In this document: piece by piece, positions 63,790 through 64,000 of the stretch | Layout: every line of letters starts with the position of its first letter | How positions within the stretch are numbered: position 1 is the first letter of the stretch | Origin: Basidiobolus meristosporus CBS 931.73 | Taxonomy: Eukaryota > Fungi > Basidiobolomycota | NCBI GenBank assembly: GCA_002104905.1 | Contig: MCFE01000239.1 | Location: 55,624-119,623, forward strand | Reading direction: 5' to 3' | DNA: 64,000 bases | Position numbers and translations under genes: made by a program | Notes under the pieces: generated by a model | What the model was told of the DNA's origin: nothing | What the model saw: only the letters and a program-made list of their open reading frames with translations | The model's database searches: none

Positions 63790-64000
63790 TTAGGGTTAGG
63801 GTTAGGGTTAGGGTTAGGGTTAGGGTTAGGGTTAGGGTTAGGGTTAGGGTTAGGGTTAGGGTTAGGGTTAGGGTTAGGGTTAGGGTTAGGGTTAGGGTTA
63901 GTTAGGTTAGGGTTAGGGTTAGGGTTAGGGTTAGGGTTAGGGTTAGGGTTAGGGTTAGGGTTAGGGTTAGGGTTAGGGTTAGGGTTAGGGTTAGGTTAGG
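63790..64000 (+). repeat. Telomere, (TTAGGG)n, about 35 repeats
   Basis: TTAGGG tandem array at the window end with the G-rich strand running 5'->3' outward. A few TTAG/TTAGG variants near 63898-63906 and at the end. Confidence 0.98.

Noticed and set aside
63895-64000. Variant telomeric repeats TTAG/TTAGG
   Set aside because: Few and isolated; cannot be told apart from read or consensus errors.
1-64000. CRISPR arrays, rRNA genes, and the many short antisense or overlapping ORFs in the track
   Set aside because: No repeat-spacer arrays or rRNA motifs were seen. The short ORFs are shadows of real genes or of CpG-depleted repeats.

Overview
Eukaryotic genomic DNA from the last 64 kb of a chromosome arm, ending in about 35 (TTAGGG) repeats at 63790-64000. 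Short GT-AG introns, the gene set (HIS5, MIP1, OAC1-like, POM33, TBC1D13, copines) and a bacterial-type GNAT suggest an early-diverging fungus, possibly Basidiobolus-like (inference only). About 15 host genes are interspersed with relics of one Ty1/Copia LTR family. The most striking feature is 57671-63789. It is a head-to-tail array of eight units, mostly visibly 5'-truncated, all with their 3' ends toward the centromere and separated by 1-2 telomeric repeats plus a G-run. The units are of four kinds: two divergent non-LTR RT families (B, C), a gag/ORF1-only unit (A) and a non-coding tRNA-derived Pol III SINE (D) with a telomeric 1.5-repeat in its tRNA head. All share one 3' signature (sense strand): TG(G/A)CTTCTTT..AATAAAGATT-hairpin-C-run-CTA(A). 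This looks like a multi-partner retroelement system that caps chromosome ends. Other notes: the RT ORFs are almost free of CpG, the tandem copine paralogs are a gene-conversion-like mosaic, and there are two candidate bacterial HGT genes. All identities and alignments were judged by eye; no searches were run.
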